DNA of 63,327 bases, filler included, from Collodictyon triciliatum (GCA_043381765.1; 5 parts of 5 records of this genome joined end to end with filler, not necessarily neighbours in it); one strand, 5' to 3'; positions 1 to 23,577 are shown, numbered from the whole stretch's first letter. The notes: generated by a model from the sequence alone, not told the origin. Translations and numbers: made by a program.

Positions 1-44
1 TTTTTTTTTTTTTTTCTTTTCCATTTTTTTTTTTTTATTTTTTT

Positions 45-79
<35 letters not shown>

Positions 80-162
80 GTTTTGGATCAATATGAAATT
101 TTATAATATTTGAACTAGGTTCATGATATCTAGAGTTAAGAGCCGGGAATGAATATCTATAC

Positions 163-2334
163 TTGCAGTAGGAGTTGCTGGACAGAGTAACCGTATCTGA
201 TTGTCATCTCAACCTGTTCTTGTATGTTAGAAAATCTACTCGATTTCACTGCACCGATGATTGAGTGAACCAAGCTCTCAGGAACCAACTGGCAATAGAA
301 AAATAAGGGGAAAAATAACTATGCTATAAACGCATACATTTCTAAGAGAGACTAAATAAACTGTGAGCATACTGATTTGAGCATTTTACACCTAAGCAAT
401 AAAAGAAGAGGAAATGATTATGGTACTCAGGAATTGTGTTTGAATCAATATCTCTATACCCCAGACACTTCCACAATCTTCTCGTCGACATTAGAAGATG
501 GGCCATAGCGAGAGACAGTTTGTAGCATGGTGACTGCACGTCGCATATCCCCTCCAGAAACTGAAACTATTCTATCCAAGTCTGCATCTTGGCACGGAAC
601 ATTTTCCTGGTCGCAAATGTATCGCAGCCTGCCCTTCATGACCCCAGACTCAAGAGGCTTAAAACGAAACTTAGCACACCGAGATGTCAAGGGGTCAATT
701 ATCCTGTAGTGTTGATTCCATTATTGATATTGGGGTTCTTTTCAATTTCAAAAATGGTTTAGGTTTGAATTTCATTTCAAAGTAATACTAATATTAATGG
801 TAATGGTAATAGGAATAAATAAATAAATAAAAAAACAATAATAACAAGGATTATGAAGTTTAAAATGTGAATTTTCGGATGAGTACAAGTGCTGATACCT
901 GCTGATGTAATTGCAAATCAAACAAAATCGAGTGACATTTGTATGAGTTTCCATCGTTCTGCGCAGAGCAGATTGAGCATCGGTAGTCATCGCGTCAGCT
1001 TCGTCCAGAATGACAATTTTAAATGGTGGGCAGGGAAACCCTTCACTAATGAAGTCGCAGTTTAACCTCCTCAAAATATTATTACTTTCGTAGCCATTTT
1101 CCAATCAAGATTTATCTTATGTTTATATTTACTGGTGCGCGCGTTTGTTTGTTTGTTTGTTGTTTGTTTTTAAACTAATTACCATTGCATGGTTGTGAGT
1201 ACTAAGTAATTATACTTTGAAAAAATTGCTTACGTTTTTTCAGATGAAACAGCAAATTGAGAAAAGTTTTTTATCTTCGTTCGGACAACATCGATTCCAC
1301 GTTCATCCGATGCATTCAAGTCCAGTATTCTGCTCTGATATAGGGTGGGTCTATAAAACAGCAAAAATACATCAGCAACTATTGTAAAAACGGATATTCA
1401 ATTTCTTCATTGCAATATAATTTGCGTAAAATAAGTTCTAAATATGATATATGGTACGATATCTGATTTTAGAGAAAATATGAGCAAAAGAAAAAACACT
1501 TAATTGACCTTTTAGAGATAAATACATTTATAGATAGTTGGCATAAGTAATAATAAAAAAAATCACGAGAGTTTGGAATCGAATTACCCATATAGCTGTC
1601 GAGCGAGTGCGAGGATAGTTGATGTTTTTCCAGTTCCAGGTGGCCCATAAAATAGCAAATGTGGCATCTAAACGCGATTTTGTCATGCTTACCGAATTAC
1701 AGCGCGTACTTATGGAATTTTCCTTCGGTATTCAAGTATCACCAAGTAATATATTTCCTGGCGAGCAAATAAAGTTCTTCGAAGAAAAATGTAAAATAAT
1801 ATATTTTAAAGATAAAAGTAAAGCCGGTATATGTATAAAGAAATAAAAATACATGTAAGAAAAGCATTAGAAAAAAAGAAAAGAATAAGAAAAATAATTA
1901 GAAAATGAACAAGACCAAGAACAAGAACAAGAACAAAGGGAATGAATAAGTTTCCAAACGTTTCCTGTCTCGATAGACTTCTGCAGCGCGCCCACAACCT
2001 CCTCTTGATGAGCAATGTCTGCCACAGTCCTTGGTCGGCTTGAAGTATAAGAAGTTTTTGAAATCAACTCTTGGGAAGAATATCTTGCATCGTATACATT
2101 TTTGTTTGTGTGATGGGAGAAAGTGTATTCTCATCGCCACCACAGCAAGAGGCAAACAAACAAACAAACAAACAAACAAAAAAAATAATGAAACTGGGAC
2201 ACAGGAAGAAGCGAGAAAGAAGCAAGGAAGAGCTGAGTGAGAAAACGCAGATTCGGGAGCGCCAGATCTATGAAGACTTACTATTTCTCCACCCACGGGA
2301 TGCTGTCTCGTTTTTGCAGCTTTGAAGAAGACAT
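163..2334 (-). CDS. RFC4: Replication factor C small subunit (human RFC4 / yeast Rfc2 type), multi-exon, 3' end runs off the contig
   Basis: Exons with GT-AG boundaries encode PWVEKY-RP, Walker [49 protein letters not shown] and GDMRRA motifs. Confidence 0.93.
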
Positions 2335-3128
2335 GTCTGGCTCGCTCACCTGCTTGCTATTGACCAGCGGACTTGTGTCGTTGATTCTTCTTCCAAATCA
2401 CACTCGCTTGCCAATCTTTTCACAAAAAGTGAGAATTTAAAATCCACAAATGGTAGAATCCGGTGTATAAGGGTACTACTACCAAAATTATATCGTACTT
2501 GCATTACAAACCCCAAAACCAAACCACCTAGCTTCCGCTGCCTTCAGCACATTTTTTATATTATTTTTTGATTTCTTTTTTAATTCTGAATAAGAACATA
2601 AAACATAGATTGAAGCGGGTCTCACCTGTATCGTTCCAATTTTTTCAGATGACCCCGAAGGGTCGAAGCGGGTCTCACCTAAACGTGAACCCATTTTCTC
2701 TTTTTTTTTCTTCTTCTGGGATATAGTGCCATTAAAAAAATCATCCTCGTCACAGTCCCAATTTCGTGCTTGTGGCATTCTCCAAACGCAATCGACGGGT
2801 TATTGGCTGAAACGCACCAGGGTTCCGTCAGGTTGAACCTGTTCCCTGTTACTCTCTTCTGAAGACGAAACCAGCAGAAAAATAAGACATAAAGTGCTGA
2901 GCTGGACACTTCCTGCCCACCTGTTGGGTGAAATCATGTTTCCTAACAAACCAGTATCTGGCTAACTGTTTTTCTTTATGGAGTTCTCTCTTCAGTATCT
3001 GCAGCCGCCCTGTCAAACGCAGGCCCTTCGTTTTCCTTTCCTTTTACTCAGTCGGAGCCCTTTTTTCTTTTCTTTTAGAGAGGTGGCCGTAAAGCAACTC
3101 TTCGCAAAAGGAATCAACAAACGTCGCA

Positions 3129-4619
<1,491 letters not shown>

Positions 4620-5719
4620 TCCTTTGTGAAGAGAAAATAAGAATGAGAACGGCCCACGAGACGCTAGTTGAGTTGATTAAAAGCCACGCATAAATATAAT
4701 ATTTCTATTCCCAGCAAGCTCTCCCATGCGGTATAAATCGACAAAGCTGTTCACAAGAGAAAAAAAAAAAGAAGAAAGGAGCATGAAACCTCTACATCCG
4801 TTTCAGGTATTGGGAAGAGATACGAGACAGTAGCAAGGAATAAGTAAAATCATGAGTGTGCGCGTGTCACCTTTAAATTAAAATCACGCCTCGAGTTTAT
4901 TTTCCCTTCCTTTTCTCATAGGTAATGTATATTTTAAAAAAGAATAGCAATAAACCAATTTTTGCACTAAGATGAGCCCAAATATGAAAAAAAGAGAACA
5001 GAAAGGAAGGAATTTTTTATTTTTAAAAATAATGTGTATTCATACAGAGAACTAACGCTTGTAAATCGAACCCCGGTTTGGGACGGAGACAAAGTGACGA
5101 TAAATGGGAAGTAAGAAAATGAAAAAGAAAATAAAATATGTGATTCTTCGACGGCAGCGCCAATACCCCACCCAGCCTATCTATCATAACGAATTTTTAT
5201 TTTATTTTTTTCTTAGTGGAAGAAAAGGCTCTATTATGCGGGTGTCTGATGATTATCTTATCATTATCCGCTCTTGTTTGCAAAATAATTGTAAAGTAAA
5301 AGTTGGTTAAATGGCCTCTCTCTTTTTTCTTCTTTTTTTCTTTTTGCTCTTAAAATGGCTGTGGTCTGGTTTAAGAAAATGTATAGCGAGTTGAAGGCAA
5401 ACACATCAATTATGGTGGTATCAGAAGGCCCACAAACCAAAAGCCTTTTGATAAGCCAAACAAAGTCTAGAAAAGAAAATTCTCGCTCAACCAAGTCTCT
5501 TGTTTCTCCGGACGTTGTGTGGCTGGACAGTTTCTGGACAAGAAAAAAAACCTAACTTGTCTCTTGATAGTCACTTTCAGGTTGCTTTTCCATTTGGTGA
5601 GCCTCGCATGCTAGAACGGATTTACCATTAGATGATTAGGTTGAGAAACAAGAATGCAAACTGGGGAAAAGATATACCGATGAGAGTTCATATGGAATAG
5701 AAGTGTATAATATTCACAA

Positions 5720-7099
5720 TCAGATGGATTTGGTGTTCCAAGGTGCATTTTGTCTTTGTGATAAAAGATGCATCGTACTGAGATTGCCTTCCTTGTGGGC
5801 ATCAGGTCTCCGTGTTTCCGCACAATGATTGTCCGTTAATGCCGGAGATAAAACTTCATCTTTATGCGATTTGATAAATGAGTCGACATGTTTCTCCTCT
5901 GGCGCAAGCTCTTCAGTGAAAGGTCCAGGATTAGCATCCGTCTCCCCATCTTGGGAGCCATTGATTTGAGACAAGGAAAAGACCGATGATGTCGAAGGTA
6001 TTGATGCGTTACTGCTTCCTGCAGATACGGCGATAGACACTTCCGTTAATCCTTCATCCTCGCCTTCTAATTCAATCGATCTTCCAAGTTCTGGTGCAGG
6101 AGACTTTGAACCCAAGTGACTCTGAGAGGAGACTGAATGATTTAAAGCCCGAGAAGCTCGGATAGCCATCATCACTCGGCGCATTTTCCTTCCGGCAGTA
6201 TATTTTGCTAGTAGCTGGGACGTGTGAACAAGGTTGCCTAGTTCTTTCTCGTTTGCCTGGAACCAGGGATGCTGCAATGCCTGCTTTGACGTTGGCCGCT
6301 TTTCTGGGCGCAACTGAAGTAAGCTGCGAATGAAATCTTTCGCTAATGGTGAAACTTCTGCCCATTCATCTTCTGGGAACGAATAACGGCATTCTATGAT
6401 GTTGTTATATGTAATATCAGTCCTATCATTATCAAAGGGAGCAACTCCAGAGAGCAAGACATAGGTCACCACGCCTATAGACCACAAGTCCACAGAGTAG
6501 TTATAAGATCTCCCGAGAACGATCTCTGGAGCAACGTAATTCGGGGTCCCACATGAAGTGGACATCAGTTCTGCATTGATGTAGTATCGAGAGAATCCAA
6601 AATCAGACAATAAAACAGGTGAGTCTGGACTCTTTGCTGCATAAAGAAGATTCTCTGGTTTGATGTCCCTGTGGACGATGCTATTCTCGTGCAAGTAGTT
6701 GATAGCATTTAGCAGGCCAAGAACAATACTGCGAGCCTCAGACTCTGTGTAAGCACCATTCGCAACGATACGATCAAAGACTTCGCCTCCACTTGCGTAT
6801 TGCATTATCAAGTAGCACTCTCTCCCTGTATCGAAGAAATTATACAGTCGAATAATGTTTGTATGGTTGATGGACTGTAAAATGCTGAGTTCGCGCTCAA
6901 GCTCATGCTGCTGGAATCTGTTTGATCGCTTGTCAATCACTTTGATCGCGACATATTGGTTGGTAGCTCGAACCAAACCGAGCTTCACGGTCGAGTAAGA
7001 GCCTTTCCCAAGAGTTCGCAATATCTTGTATTTCTCGTCGAACTGGCGGCGGTTCCCTTTCACAAAGAAGCGTTCAAATTGTTTACTGATGAGGTCCAT
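5720..7099 (-). CDS. CaMK-family Ser/Thr protein kinase (CaMKI/MLCK-like); may have an extra 5' exon
   Basis: LGKGSYS, VAIK, HRDIKPEN, DFG, CGTPNYVAPE and DLWSIG motifs, followed by a basic CaM-binding-like segment (RKMRRVMMAIRA). The frame stays open upstream to a TAG near 7175 that could be a splice acceptor. Confidence 0.92.
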   Translation of the reverse strand: MDLISKQFERFFVKGNRRQFDEKYKILRTLGKGSYSTVKLGLVRATNQYVAIKVIDKRSNRFQQHELERELSILQSINHTNIIRLYNFFDTGRECYLIMQYASGGEVFDRIVANGAYTESEARSIVLGLLNAINYLHENSIVHRDIKPENLLYAAKSPDSPVLLSDFGFSRYYINAELMSTSCGTPNYVAPEIVLGRSYNYSVDLWSIGVVTYVLLSGVAPFDNDRTDITYNNIIECRYSFPEDEWAEVSPLAKDFIRSLLQLRPEKRPTSKQALQHPWFQANEKELGNLVHTSQLLAKYTAGRKMRRVMMAIRASRALNHSVSSQSHLGSKSPAPELGRSIELEGEDEGLTEVSIAVSAGSSNASIPSTSSVFSLSQINGSQDGETDANPGPFTEELAPEEKHVDSFIKSHKDEVLSPALTDNHCAETRRPDAHKEGNLSTMHLLSQRQNAPWNTKSI

Positions 7100-7789
7100 A
7101 GCGCTCTCGCTTGAATGCTTTGATATCCCACCTTTGGTGCTGGTCGCGCCGATCTTCCCTGTTCTTTGTAGCCGCTACGTTTTAAGAGTTTTATCTCTGT
7201 TTATTTTGTTTTTGTTTTTGTTTTTGTTTTTGTTTTTGTTTTTGTTTTTGTTTTTGTTTTTGTTTTTGTTTTTGTTTGTTTTTTTGTTTGTTTTTTTGTT
7301 TGTTTTTTTGTTTGTTTTTTTGTTTTTTTTTCATATTCGATTCAAACATTAGAAGAGGCTTCACAAGACAGTCTTTCCACAGAAATCACCCCCGCTTCAA
7401 CGACTATATGCTTTTCGCTCATAAAGGGGCTTCTGCTGTTGCGTTGATTTGATCAGAAGCAATCCGATCGGATGCCAGAATATTCCTGGAATCCCTGCCA
7501 AAGCAGATGCAGCATGGCACGTTCAATTTGTCCGACTTTATGTTGCTTCTGGTAGTCTCATAATAATAATTAATATATTACATAATGCATAGTATTTTTA
7601 TTATTTTTATATATATATTTAGGTAATCATGTGGAATTTAAATGGTTGATATCATTTATTCCGCATATAGTATTCCTGTTTTCCTTGTTTGTTTACCTTT
7701 CGTTTTCATCGGCTTCTGCGGCTCGCAAAAAAGCGCCAGGCAAGCGAATCAACTACCAGGAACAACAAAGCTCCAAGCGATCGCAAGCC

Positions 7790-10042
7790 ATGGAAAGATC
7801 TATGTTCAAGTCCAAGCTCGGACCAGGTCCGTTGCGAGCAATCCATCCGGAAAACCTTTCCCTTGAAGAAACACCAGAAAGCGAAGAGGTCGACTCGATC
7901 GGTCCACTCGCCAGGTGCACACTTTTCTTTTCTTCTCTTTTCTTTTCTTTTCCTTTCTTTTTGTCCTCTGATTGCCTCACCACATATTTTCTGTGCAAAG
8001 GATTTATATTTCACATTCCGATGAAGTCAAGACACTAGCTTCATAAACAACCTTTTAGAAAAGTAGAAGATAGAAAGCAGAGGCACGCATAATCGAGCGT
8101 GGTGTGGGGTGGCGTTTGTTTAATCATATAATTGACGACTATTATACTTTTCTCAATCGTAGCGCCCTCCCTCCAAAGCATTCTGGCCCTCGGGCAACAA
8201 ACAGGGACTCTCACAACTCAACCAGACATGCAAACTTCACCCCTTTCCCATGGAACACACATTTTCAAGAGAAAATCGCAGTGCAACCATATTCAAATGA
8301 TTCCAGCGTAATTGTTTTCATCTCTCCACATGTGGATTAGAGAAACTGCAACGCTCCCTAGGATCAGAATACTTAAGCCTACAACATAAAATAAAAAAAT
8401 AGAGCTTCACAGTATACAAGTCAGGAAACACTGGGCCAGTTTTCTTTTGCCTTCATGGAGCAGGCCATTCCGGTCTGTCATGGTCTTTAGTTGCAGTAAG
8501 CATGATTTTTTTTCACAATATGTAAGGGGCATGTAATTATCAAAGCCAAAAAGATGACTTCAAAATAATAATATAGACTTCTAGACCTATTTCTTATTCT
8601 AATTTTCTTAAAATTTTATTATTGTTCATCATCGATTACCAGTAACAGTTGCTTTCCATTTGAAATAGTCAAAAATTTGCAGTGAGGCTCAGTTAGTCAC
8701 TTATGACTTTCGTGGTCATGGTAATTAATATTTTCTAAAAAATTTTTATTATTCAACTTACAAGGAATCATTTTCCTTACAAGTGGAGACTAAATCATGC
8801 GTATGTCGCATAGGAGAGACAGTGACGACTGATGACTCTAACTTGTCAGCAGAGCAACTCGTTTCAGACACAGATGCAATCATATCGCACTTATTTCGAG
8901 ATGGGGATATTCCTAAAATCATTGTTGTTGGTCATAGGTGTGCTTAGTAGCTTGGTTACATGTTTGAACAAGATATATTATCATTTCCATTTTCTCCATC
9001 ATATATGAAGCAAATATTTGAGCCTTGAATGATGTCCGGTTATTTTTCAGATTCAATTAATATATTGCTCCCTTTTTGAAATTTTTATGGATGCTTTTCA
9101 GTCTAGGAGGGGCGATTGCAATACGATTTGCATCGGAAACCAAAATACCGATATCAGGTCTTATTGTTATTGATGTGGTTGAAGGCACAGCCCTCCAATC
9201 TCTAGCTTTCATGCATACTATTCTGCAAGAAAGGCCCTCAAAGTTTCGATCTGTGTCTCATGCTATTGAATGGAGGTTTTTTTTTTCCACATTATTATAT
9301 TCACATTGAATAGCATGTCGTTATTAATTGAGAGGTTTGGACAATATTCTAACTCTCACCCGAACAGTATACGCTCGAACTATGTCCGCAATTTAGAGTC
9401 GGCAAGAATATCTATGCCCCCACAGGTTATTCCGGTAAATAGAAAAGCAGAAGGCTCAGAAACAATGACAGAATCAACAGACGAATGCCCAGTTGTCTGG
9501 AGAACGGACTTGATAAAGTCTGAAAAATATTGGAAAGAATGGTTCACAGGAATGTCCAGTAAATTTTTGAAAGTCCCTGTTCCGAAGCAGCTAATTCTGG
9601 GTAATATTTGCTTATCTTAATCACACTTAAAAACGAAAGCTCTACCATCATAGTCACACTTTGATGGCTTGAAAAAAAAAGTACCCGTATTCAAAACATT
9701 TTTTTTTGTGAACAAACGGAACAATACAGCCGGCACTGATCGCCTTGACAAAGAGCTCACCATCGCCCAAATGCAAGGAAAGTTCCATCTTGTGCTGATG
9801 TATGGTTGTGGCCACTCCGTTCATGAGGTCAGGCGTGTGTTTGTAACACGCATATCCCTCTTTTGTGACAGCATACCCGATTTCCATTCCTTTGTTCCCA
9901 TTTTTTCCCTCTTCCTCAGCAACGAGGACCATCCTTGAAAAACTGCCGCAACCAACTCCTTTCCCTTCTCATCCATGCGCAGGATGTTCCAGACAAGGTT
10001 GCGTCCACATTGTTGGAGTTTGTACACCGCTACCGCCTCTGA
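7790..10042 (+). CDS. PPME1: Protein phosphatase methylesterase 1 (PME-1), multi-exon
   Basis: LHGAGHSGLSW, YDFRGHG, GHS/LGG nucleophile elbow split by an intron, DVVEGTA, AGTDRLDKELTIAQMQGKF and GHSVHED. Confidence 0.92.
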
Positions 10043-10719
10043 ACGAGCTACGCCACGTGAACACAATAAAATACTGTTCGGCTCCCTCGCTGAATATCCC
10101 GAGCGGTTGCGCAACAGAGATGCGGGGCATACTTGAGACACATATTTTATGCCGTTTACTTGACATAAGATCGATAGATAAGGGACTACCAAATGAATTA
10201 CTATAAATTCCGCAAAAGTATTTAGCAACGGTTTTTTCTTCGTTCCTTTTAAATCGAGTGGTATCGATACCACCCAAAAAATAAAATGGGTTTTACCGTT
10301 GGGGGCTTCACAGACAACGACTGGAAAACTTGAAGTGTCATATTACCCCGTTATGCATCCGACCATTAACCAACGCTGCGTGGATGGGCAGAAAGAGGAG
10401 CCCATCACCTTTGTTTAAGTCGCGCGCGAAGGGGCCGATCGTTAAATTTCGCTGTTCCATACATCGCGGAAAGTGATCTATATTGCGTGACTCTTGTGAT
10501 TGGCGCTGGTTTGGGTTATATTGTCTGCTTGCCGATCCCCGAACATCATTTCCTTCCCCTCTTCATCGGGCGTTGCGGCATTACCCCGGAACGAACGCTT
10601 TCGCTTTGCAAAGCCGTGACAACGCTGCTTGGCCAAATGCTCATGCACAACTTCGATCGCCTCAATTGCTTTGCTACGCTACAAGATTGCCACCTCTAGA
10701 TCTACCGGGAATTGCCTCT

Positions 10720-10762
<43 letters not shown>

Positions 10763-10795
10763 TTCAAGATTTATTTCGGTTAGGGTCACATAAAC

Positions 10796-13700
10796 ATGGA
10801 TGCAGAAAAGCCGCCAAGTGCCGAGTAATATACCTGAAACGCATTACCCTTTTGTCTTTCTGTTCCCTCGTCCAATGCTTGCTCATACCCCCGTCTTATT
10901 CCTCTCACCCGACTCTTTTCTTGCGATCTAACCGCAGAGAGGAGAAGACTCCAGACGCGGGGCCATCTCGAAGCAAGCGAATTCGGAAGGCAAACACGAT
11001 ATATTCTGGAGATGACTATGATATTCCCAAAGTACGTTTTTTTTTTTGGAGTTACTTTATAGACGAAATAAACTTTTACCCTCTTTGGTTTGTTGCGGCT
11101 CACAGAATGTCTTTCATCAGAGACCAACAAGTCGCATACACTCAAGTCTATTAATAATTGTCACGTCCTATTTACCAATTTATGCGGGACTCACTCATAC
11201 CTACATAAAAAGAGCCCTGCTTCCGGACCAAAGGCCACCACGCCAAAAGCTCAGACGCCAAAAGCTAACCCGAAATTCAGTACGCCCAAGCAACCTGAAT
11301 CAAAAGAGACACAACCGTCTGAGAAAGTAGAAGGGGCTCCACAACCAAACGATTCAAAGAACCATATAGAAGCAAAAGATGAGAAATCGGCTCCCAAGAC
11401 GTCCACGGGGTCTGTAGTTCTTCCCAGAATCAAGAAGCCTACTGCAGCGGGCGAATCATCCGAAAATTCTGCGGACAAGCGGGACAATCAAATCACTGCA
11501 AAAGAGACAACAAGTTCAGAAAAAGAATCAATCAAGTCAACTCTCCCTTCAGAAAAGATTAAGGCGTCTGGGAGAAAAGAAGATGTTGAAAAAGCTGAAG
11601 AAAGTAAAAAAATTGAGCCCGCATCCACAACAGCAAACGCATCTACAGATACATCAAAATCAGCACCCAATGCCACAGTAGATACGCCAGTGACTCCGAA
11701 GGTACACTGATATTGATATTTCAAACTTGGATGCTTTTTGTCTTTCCCATTGACCTTTGACTACCATATCGACTACCCATTTGTAAAACGTAATTGTTAT
11801 GGTCGCTTACACACCTTTCGCTCAATTTCTGTTCAGACGCCAAAATCTACTAAGAGTAAAAAGAAGGCGACCTCCAATGCTGATACAGAACGAAGTCCCT
11901 TCGGAGTGATTGGTGGGACACAATCAACCGAGCTCCTCAATTATCTTTCCAAGAAGAAAGAAGAAATTGCAGACGCTCTGAACAAATATGAGGAGGACCT
12001 GAAGGATCTCAACTCTCAGTTGAATTCAGCCATTAAGGCGAGCTCTAGTATATCACACCCTGTTGTCCCTCCACAACCAGTTTTCCCAGCCTTTGTCCCA
12101 CCCAATCCTGCCAGCTTTGTGGGCATAGGAGGACTTGGTTCACCGATGGCAAAAGGGTCAATCGCGCCCAACTATACGATGCTATCAGGCACAAGAACCA
12201 CATCTCAATTTGATCCCAGTGTGTATAATTTGAACGGGGGAAGAGCATCCCATTTACAACAAGAAGCAGAAGACGATTTATCGGATGACTCTATGGATGA
12301 TGATGACGAAGGGTCACAAACTAATGATTACAAGGAATATGAGTCCGAAATGGGGAAAAACATTTTGAACCCGAAGAGCTACACCCCAGAAGCAAATGCG
12401 ATGGTAAAGTTAAGTTCACACTCGGCTGTATTCAACTAATTATCTAAATTTCTTCAAAATCAATATTCACTTATCTGATTTTCCTACTGTTTTTTGGGAA
12501 CAGAAATATGACAGCCACCAGCCGAATGTCAAGACTCCATCTGCTATGAAGTTGCTCGAGTCATTGCCAAAGAAGTACAGAAGGAACGATGGAACGGAGG
12601 CGTACCGGTTTGCCAAAGCTGTGATGAAGAGATTGATGAATCACAAATGTGCGATGCCTTTCAACCAGCCTGTGGATCCAGTGAAGCTCAACCTACCCGA
12701 CTATTTCACCTTGATTAAGGAGCCCATGGATTTTTCGACGATAAATGTACATTTTAATTTCCCACTTTCACAATTTAGTTCTTTTCATTTGAAACAAACT
12801 ATATGACGATTTATTTGCCCAAATCGTGACATGAATATGGAGAAATACCATGCATATACTGCGTCACCTCTAACATAGTATTTTGCTAACCTCACTGTAC
12901 TTTGAATCGAATAAAGGGGAAAAAAAACATAGTATTTCGCTGATGCATATGATTGTATTAATCTCGTATTGATATTCTAGGACAAAGTCAATCAGAATAT
13001 TTACAATACATTGGATGAGTTCATTCATGATGTTCGTCTTGTTTTCCACAATTGTGAATCATACAACCATCCGGGGTCTGGAATTGTAAAGATGAGCAAT
13101 ACACTGAAGGGGCTGTTTGAATCCAAGCTACTTAACCGACCGACCGATAACAGAATGATATCCATCGAGGTTTGAAATTACTCATACGTAGTTACGAAAA
13201 CAAAGCCGTACCATGTAGATGATATATTGAGAAGTCTGCGCTTGTTTTTGTTCACATACAAAAACCACTAGTCCGAGGATGACATCATCAGCCGGTTGTA
13301 TCAGCCGCCTCCAGAGCCAAAACCAAAACACAGGTAGTGCAAAGTTTTGTAACACTCCGCAAAAATCGATGATTTCTTGCATGCAAGCTAACTCGACTAT
13401 GTAATTTATACTAATACCATCTCCTCAACCATCCACTCAGTCAAATCAAGCAGTATAGCGAGAGGGACAAGCAGAAGCTTGCTGACATGATAAACACACT
13501 GCCAGAGGATGGTCAGAGAGAGGTTCTTGAAATTCTGCGGTCGAGCATCACAGTCGGACAGGTTCACTCACCTACCAATCTAATCCCAAACTCAATTTTA
13601 TTCTCAATCTACTACACAGAGCCATTAATAGCAGATTCATCTATACGAACCTTATATTCATCTTGTATTAATTTTCAAAAAGAAAACGAAAAACCAAAAA

Positions 13701-13920
13701 AAAAATAAAATAGAGTAAAATAACTAATGGTGTCGTGTAGGAACAAGAAGAAATTGAGATTGACATTGATGTACTGGACAACGCGGCCCTGACAAAACTG
13801 GAGTCATTCCTCCGCAAGTTCAAAAGGAGACAAAACACGATGAATGCGCGTAAGGCCCAGCGAGCCCACCAGGCCATGGCGTTGGTTGCAGGGATGGGAA
13901 TGCCGATGCCGAGCGAGTGA
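10796..13920 (+). CDS. Bromodomain + extra-terminal (ET/NET) domain protein (BET/GTE-like), multi-exon
   Basis: Bromodomain [29 protein letters not shown]...[15 protein letters not shown] domain [12 protein letters not shown]...[21 protein letters not shown]. The start codon is inferred. Confidence 0.87.
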
Positions 13921-14734
13921 GGTGCATAGACACGCAGCCGATTCCCTCCTGTACCTGGCTTCTGAATCCTTTGCTTCATTCCCCATTCCTGCCCCAAACC
14001 CCTCTATCTATTGTGTTAGCATCTACAAACCCTTTCCTGTCAGCACTTTCCTTCATCAACTGCTCCCTATGACCTCTTCATGGCAACATCCACTCCATCA
14101 CGCGACAAAAAGTGAAAGTGACAATGAGAGTGAGAGAGAAAGAGAAAGAGAAAGAGAATGAGAATGACTTGCAAGTCGTCATGTAACTGACGCGAAAGCC
14201 ACGCGTCGACTCTTTCCGCCCCTCTGAGAACTTCCTTCCTGACTCCGCAAACCGGTCGCTCCTCGCCAGCAAAACTCCCTCCGTACTATACCCGCCCCAA
14301 AGAAAATAAAACCAGAAAGCAAAAGACTCACACTGTCTCCATTCAAACCCGCCTGATTCCTTGTGCTTCGTTCGATGAATCAAATAGAGTGATAGAAAAA
14401 GAAATAAAAGTCAAAGACGAGGTGCATACCGCAGGGAAAAAGAAAAAGAAACAAGCGAGCGATCATTCCCATGAGCCGACCAAAGGCCGTCCCTGCCCTC
14501 AACTTGAACATCATCCGCGCCCCTCCCGATCCGCGCGTCAAGTAAGTAATCCAAACCCTCCACAAAGTACTGCTATTTTTTATTTTTATTTTTATTCATT
14601 TATTTATTTGTTTTGTTTTGTTTTGTTTGTTTTGTTTTGTTTGTTTTGTTTGTTTGTTTTGTTTGTTTGTTTGTTTGTTTGTTTGTTTGTTTGTTTGTTT
14701 GTTTGTTTGTTTGTTTGTTTGTTTGTTTGTTTGT

Positions 14735-14834
14735 NNNNNNNNNNNNNNNNNNNNNNNNNNNNNNNNNNNNNNNNNNNNTTAATTAATTAANNNNNNNNNN
14801 NNNNNNNNNNNNNNNNNNNNNNNNNNNNNNNNNN
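14735..14834. other. Artificial contig linker
   Basis: N44-TTAATTAATTAA-N44, giving stops in all six frames. Confidence 0.97.
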
Positions 14835-15175
14835 AAAGAGAGAAAGAGAGAAAGAGAGAAAGAGAGAAAGAGAGAAAGAGAGAAAGAGAGAAAGAGAGAA
14901 AGAGAGAAAGAGAGAAAGAGAGAAAGAGAGAAAAAGAGAAAAAGAAAGAAACCATATCAAAACCTGTTTTAAAGACTCTGCCATTTCAGAAAATTGAGAC
15001 AAAATGGGCAAAGTATCCCTTACATACAGCTGGGAGATATCCAGCTAATAATGTTTTTTCAGTGAATGTGTTAAAAAATCTCAGCTGCACCATTTATATA
15101 TATATATATGAATTATTCAACTTCGTAAATTTCCACTCTTCTTTCCAGTAAAATAAAATAATCAATTGATACTTA

Positions 15176-21221
<6,046 letters not shown>

Positions 21222-21975
21222 CGCGTAGCTCGCCGATTCTGTGTCTACTTTCCTTTACAACACCAAAAGAAATTAAAGAAACAGTATAAATGTGTAAAAA
21301 AAAAAAAAAAGGAACTCTGCTAGAAGCGCGAGAACAAAGGAAGGGGATATAGCCAAGCCTTGTGTGAATAAAACAATCAAGGTAAGTATGCGCCTTCGGC
21401 TCACATGATCAAAAGCCTCCTTCCGATCGAAAGACTTGCCCGCGCCATCAAAAGGTTTTCAGGCGAATTGAACTGGCGGTGGCGAAGTAAGGCCAGCAGA
21501 CGATGCAAAGGGTCAGCCAAAGACAGGCAGAGCCGTTAACACATATCTGGAAAATATAAACATTCGGATAAATTCACGATGCCGTGGCTTTTTCCAATAT
21601 TGTTATTTTTCTTTGAATCTTCCACACACTACAGCCACTTTGATCCCCTTATTTTTTTTCATTTTTTTTTTTCAAAATCCAAACCACCGCATCCACGTCC
21701 TTGTCTTGCGTTTGCTCTTGCGCCTCGCCAACTTCCCCGGGCAAGAGGAGGAGAGAGACAAAGCCGCCGCCTTCTAGTGAAAAACTTATTCCGCTTCGAG
21801 AAGCAGTCGAAGATCCATAGAGGACTGTAGCGCTTATCAACTTTCTCCGTTCTCCTTTTTTTTAGCTGTATTTTTCCTTTTTTTTTATTATTATTATTTA
21901 TTTTCTTGCTCTATTTTTCTCTTCTTTTTATGTATATATAAAAGTCATATACCCTTCATATTTTTTCTTTTCCTC

Positions 21976-22077
<102 letters not shown>

Positions 22078-22191
22078 GTCTGTCTGCCCCTCCTCTATTC
22101 TTTCTTCTCTTCCTCTCCACCTCCACAAGCCAGCCAACTATTCCCAGCATCACCCACCAAACAGCCCCGCTGAAAGCAAGCGTGCAGGAAA

Positions 22192-23577
<1,386 letters not shown>

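Noticed and set aside
14735-14834. TTAATTAATTAA palindrome recurring four times between N runs
   Set aside because: Synthetic contig spacer with stops in all six frames. Adjacency across it carries no biological meaning.
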